64,000 nt of DNA from assembly GCF_006345805.1 (NCBI RefSeq), contig NC_042997.1, positions 22,196,001 to 22,260,000 of the forward strand. The letters are read 5' to 3'. The notes beneath the pieces are model-generated. The model ran no database searches and was not told where the DNA came from. It was given only the letters and a program-made list of their open reading frames with translations. The position numbers were made by a program, and so were the translations under genes. Source of the DNA: Octopus sinensis (taxonomy: Eukaryota). Shown here piece by piece: positions 62,222-64,000 of this stretch. Every line of letters starts with the position of its first letter. Position 1 is the first letter of the stretch.

Positions 62222-64000
62222 TTGTCGCCCGCCCTCCCACCCCCAATACCGGAAGTTTCTACCCTAATACCGGAAACTACCCCCTCCCCCACTAGCACCT
62301 ATGTAGGGTTTATCTGAACATATAGCGCAAAAATTGTGAAAAGTATGCAGGTTGTAGTCTAGAGTTTCCATATGAAATCTGCCAAATGCAAGCTTTCTTT
62401 TCAGGTACATGACACTGCTGTCCCTCGTCCCAGGGTCTCTGATGCCCACACCTCCCAAACCCTCAGAGTTGGCACGCTCAACGTTGGCACATTGAAAGGT
62501 AGGTCTGGAGAGATTGTAGAGCTGCTTGAACGGAGACGTGTGGATGTATGCTGTATCCAGGAAGTAAGGTGGAGAGGAGGTTCTGCTAGGCTCCTCACGG
62601 GCAAGGAACACAGGTACAAGATTTTCTGGGCAGGGAACATTGACGGTGTCGGGGGCGTGGGTATACTTCTCGCGGAGAAATGGATAGGTAAGGTAATCGA
62701 GGTAGTCAGAATAAGTGACAGAGTAATTAAAATTAGATTAGTTCTTCACCATAGGACAGCTACCATCATCTCGGCATATGCCCCTCAACCAGGGCTACCG
62801 GAAGGACAAAAAGACCAATTCTATGACACCCTATTGCGGACTACCTCATTGACAAATGACAGTGACCTTCTCTTCGTGGCAGGTGATTTCAATGGACATG
62901 TTGGACGACATGTCAGGGGCTTCCATGGCATCCATGGAGGCCACGGTTTTGGCTCTCGAAATGAGGAGGGAACCAGGCTGCTGGAGTTCTGCGATGCAAA
63001 TGACCTTATGGTCTGCAATACCCACTTCAGGAAACCACCTCTCACCTAGTCACCTACCGTTCTGGCAGACACACCAGCCAGATTGACTACATCCTTGCCA
63101 GAAAAAGGGAAAGAGGGCTGATTATAAATGCCAAAACCTTCCCAGGCGAAGAATGTACTCCCCAACATAGATTAGTAGTTAGCGACTTCAGGATCAGAGC
63201 TAAATGGTCGCCCAGAAGAAGACCAGCTTGGAGGAGAAGGGTCTGGAAGCTTAAAGATCCTGCAAATGCACAGAGATTTAGAGACATACTACTCGAAGCC
63301 TCTGACGAAATAGAAGGGGATATAGCTTCACTTAATGTGGAAGACAACTGGAGATTCCTACGGGACAATCTGCTGACAGCCACTGACCAGATCTGTGGAT
63401 GGAGCAAAGTACCATCTCGACCCAGAGTAACATGGTGGTGGAACACGGTGGTTGACGGGGCTATTAGACAAAAGAGACAGGCTTGGAAGGACTGGAAGAA
63501 CGGTGGTAGCAGGGAATTGTATCAGACAGCCAAAAAAGGGAAGCTAGGAGACAGGTTTATATAGCCAGAGGGGAAGCGGATAAGAAAAAATTTGCCAATG
63601 TTCTGAGCCGTGAGGATGAAAGACTTGAGGTATTTCGTGTTGCAAGACAGTGTGTGAGAGAGAATCGTGATGTGGTAGGAGAGAAGTGTGTTCGCATGGA
63701 TGATGGTTCACTTGCGCTAAATGAGGATGCAAAGAGAGAGGTTTGGAGATGCCACTATGAAAGTTTGCTGAATAAAGAAAATGAATGGGATAAAGAGAGT
63801 CTGCCAAATGTTGACCCAACAGAGGGACCAGCTATCCGAGTTGATAGTTCCGTAGTAGCTAAGGCAGTTAGAAGCATGAAGACAGGGAAAGCCCCAGGCC
63901 CATCAGGAATTACTGCAGAGATGCTCAAAATATCTGGCAGTGTCGGCTATAACCTAGTCACCCGTATAGTCAACCAGGTGATACACGAAGGAGTCATACC
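62222..64000 (+). mobile_element. Young RTE-clade LINE, 5' region: APE endonuclease and start of RT; two frameshifts; truncated by the window edge
   Basis: LRVGTLNVGTL, DVCCIQEVRW, GVGILL, IISAYAPQ, VAGDFNGHVG, NTHFRK / QIDYIL, QHRLVVSD, TWWWN, KAPGPSGITAEMLK; frameshifts near 63045 and 63540. Confidence 0.97.

Noticed and set aside
60033-62317. Cluster of 60-156 aa hydrophobic ORFs (MDSLICSPF..., MATSRIAFL...)
   Set aside because: They are translations of the T-rich tandem unit; frames differ between copies through homopolymer indels; no recognisable domain.
62405-62450. HDV-like ribozyme at the RTE 5' end (CCCTCGTCC resembles L3)
   Set aside because: Could not assemble P1, P1.1 and P2 pairings in the required order.
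1-64000. CRISPR arrays, operons or prokaryotic defence systems
   Set aside because: The sequence is eukaryotic and intron-like; repeats are dispersed SINEs/MITEs or tandem units without unique spacers.

Overview
AT-rich, repeat-dense eukaryotic DNA; its SINE/LINE repertoire and microsatellites resemble an octopus (coleoid cephalopod) genome (pattern recognition, no database search). I found no intact host protein-coding exon, and nearly all ORF-track entries are microsatellite, SINE or low-complexity noise. Inferred layout: a CpG-retaining promoter/5' region (~1-5.2 kb), a possible + strand first-exon donor near 4746, then what looks like one very long, CpG-depleted intron. That stretch holds several tRNA-derived SINE families, RTE-type 3'-tail elements, decayed Penelope-like, R4/Dong-like, Tx1/L1-like and RTE LINE fragments, mariner/Tc1/piggyBac/hAT-like MITEs, several long fold-backs, a ~500-bp tandem array (60.1-62.2 kb) and the 5' part of a young RTE LINE running off the right edge. 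Best lead: a textbook recursive-splice-site architecture at 55432-55537 (branch point, polypyrimidine tract, CAG|GTAAGT, then a 64-nt cryptic exon with stops in all three frames ending at a second GTAAG donor). All alignments were done by eye; family names are motif-based.
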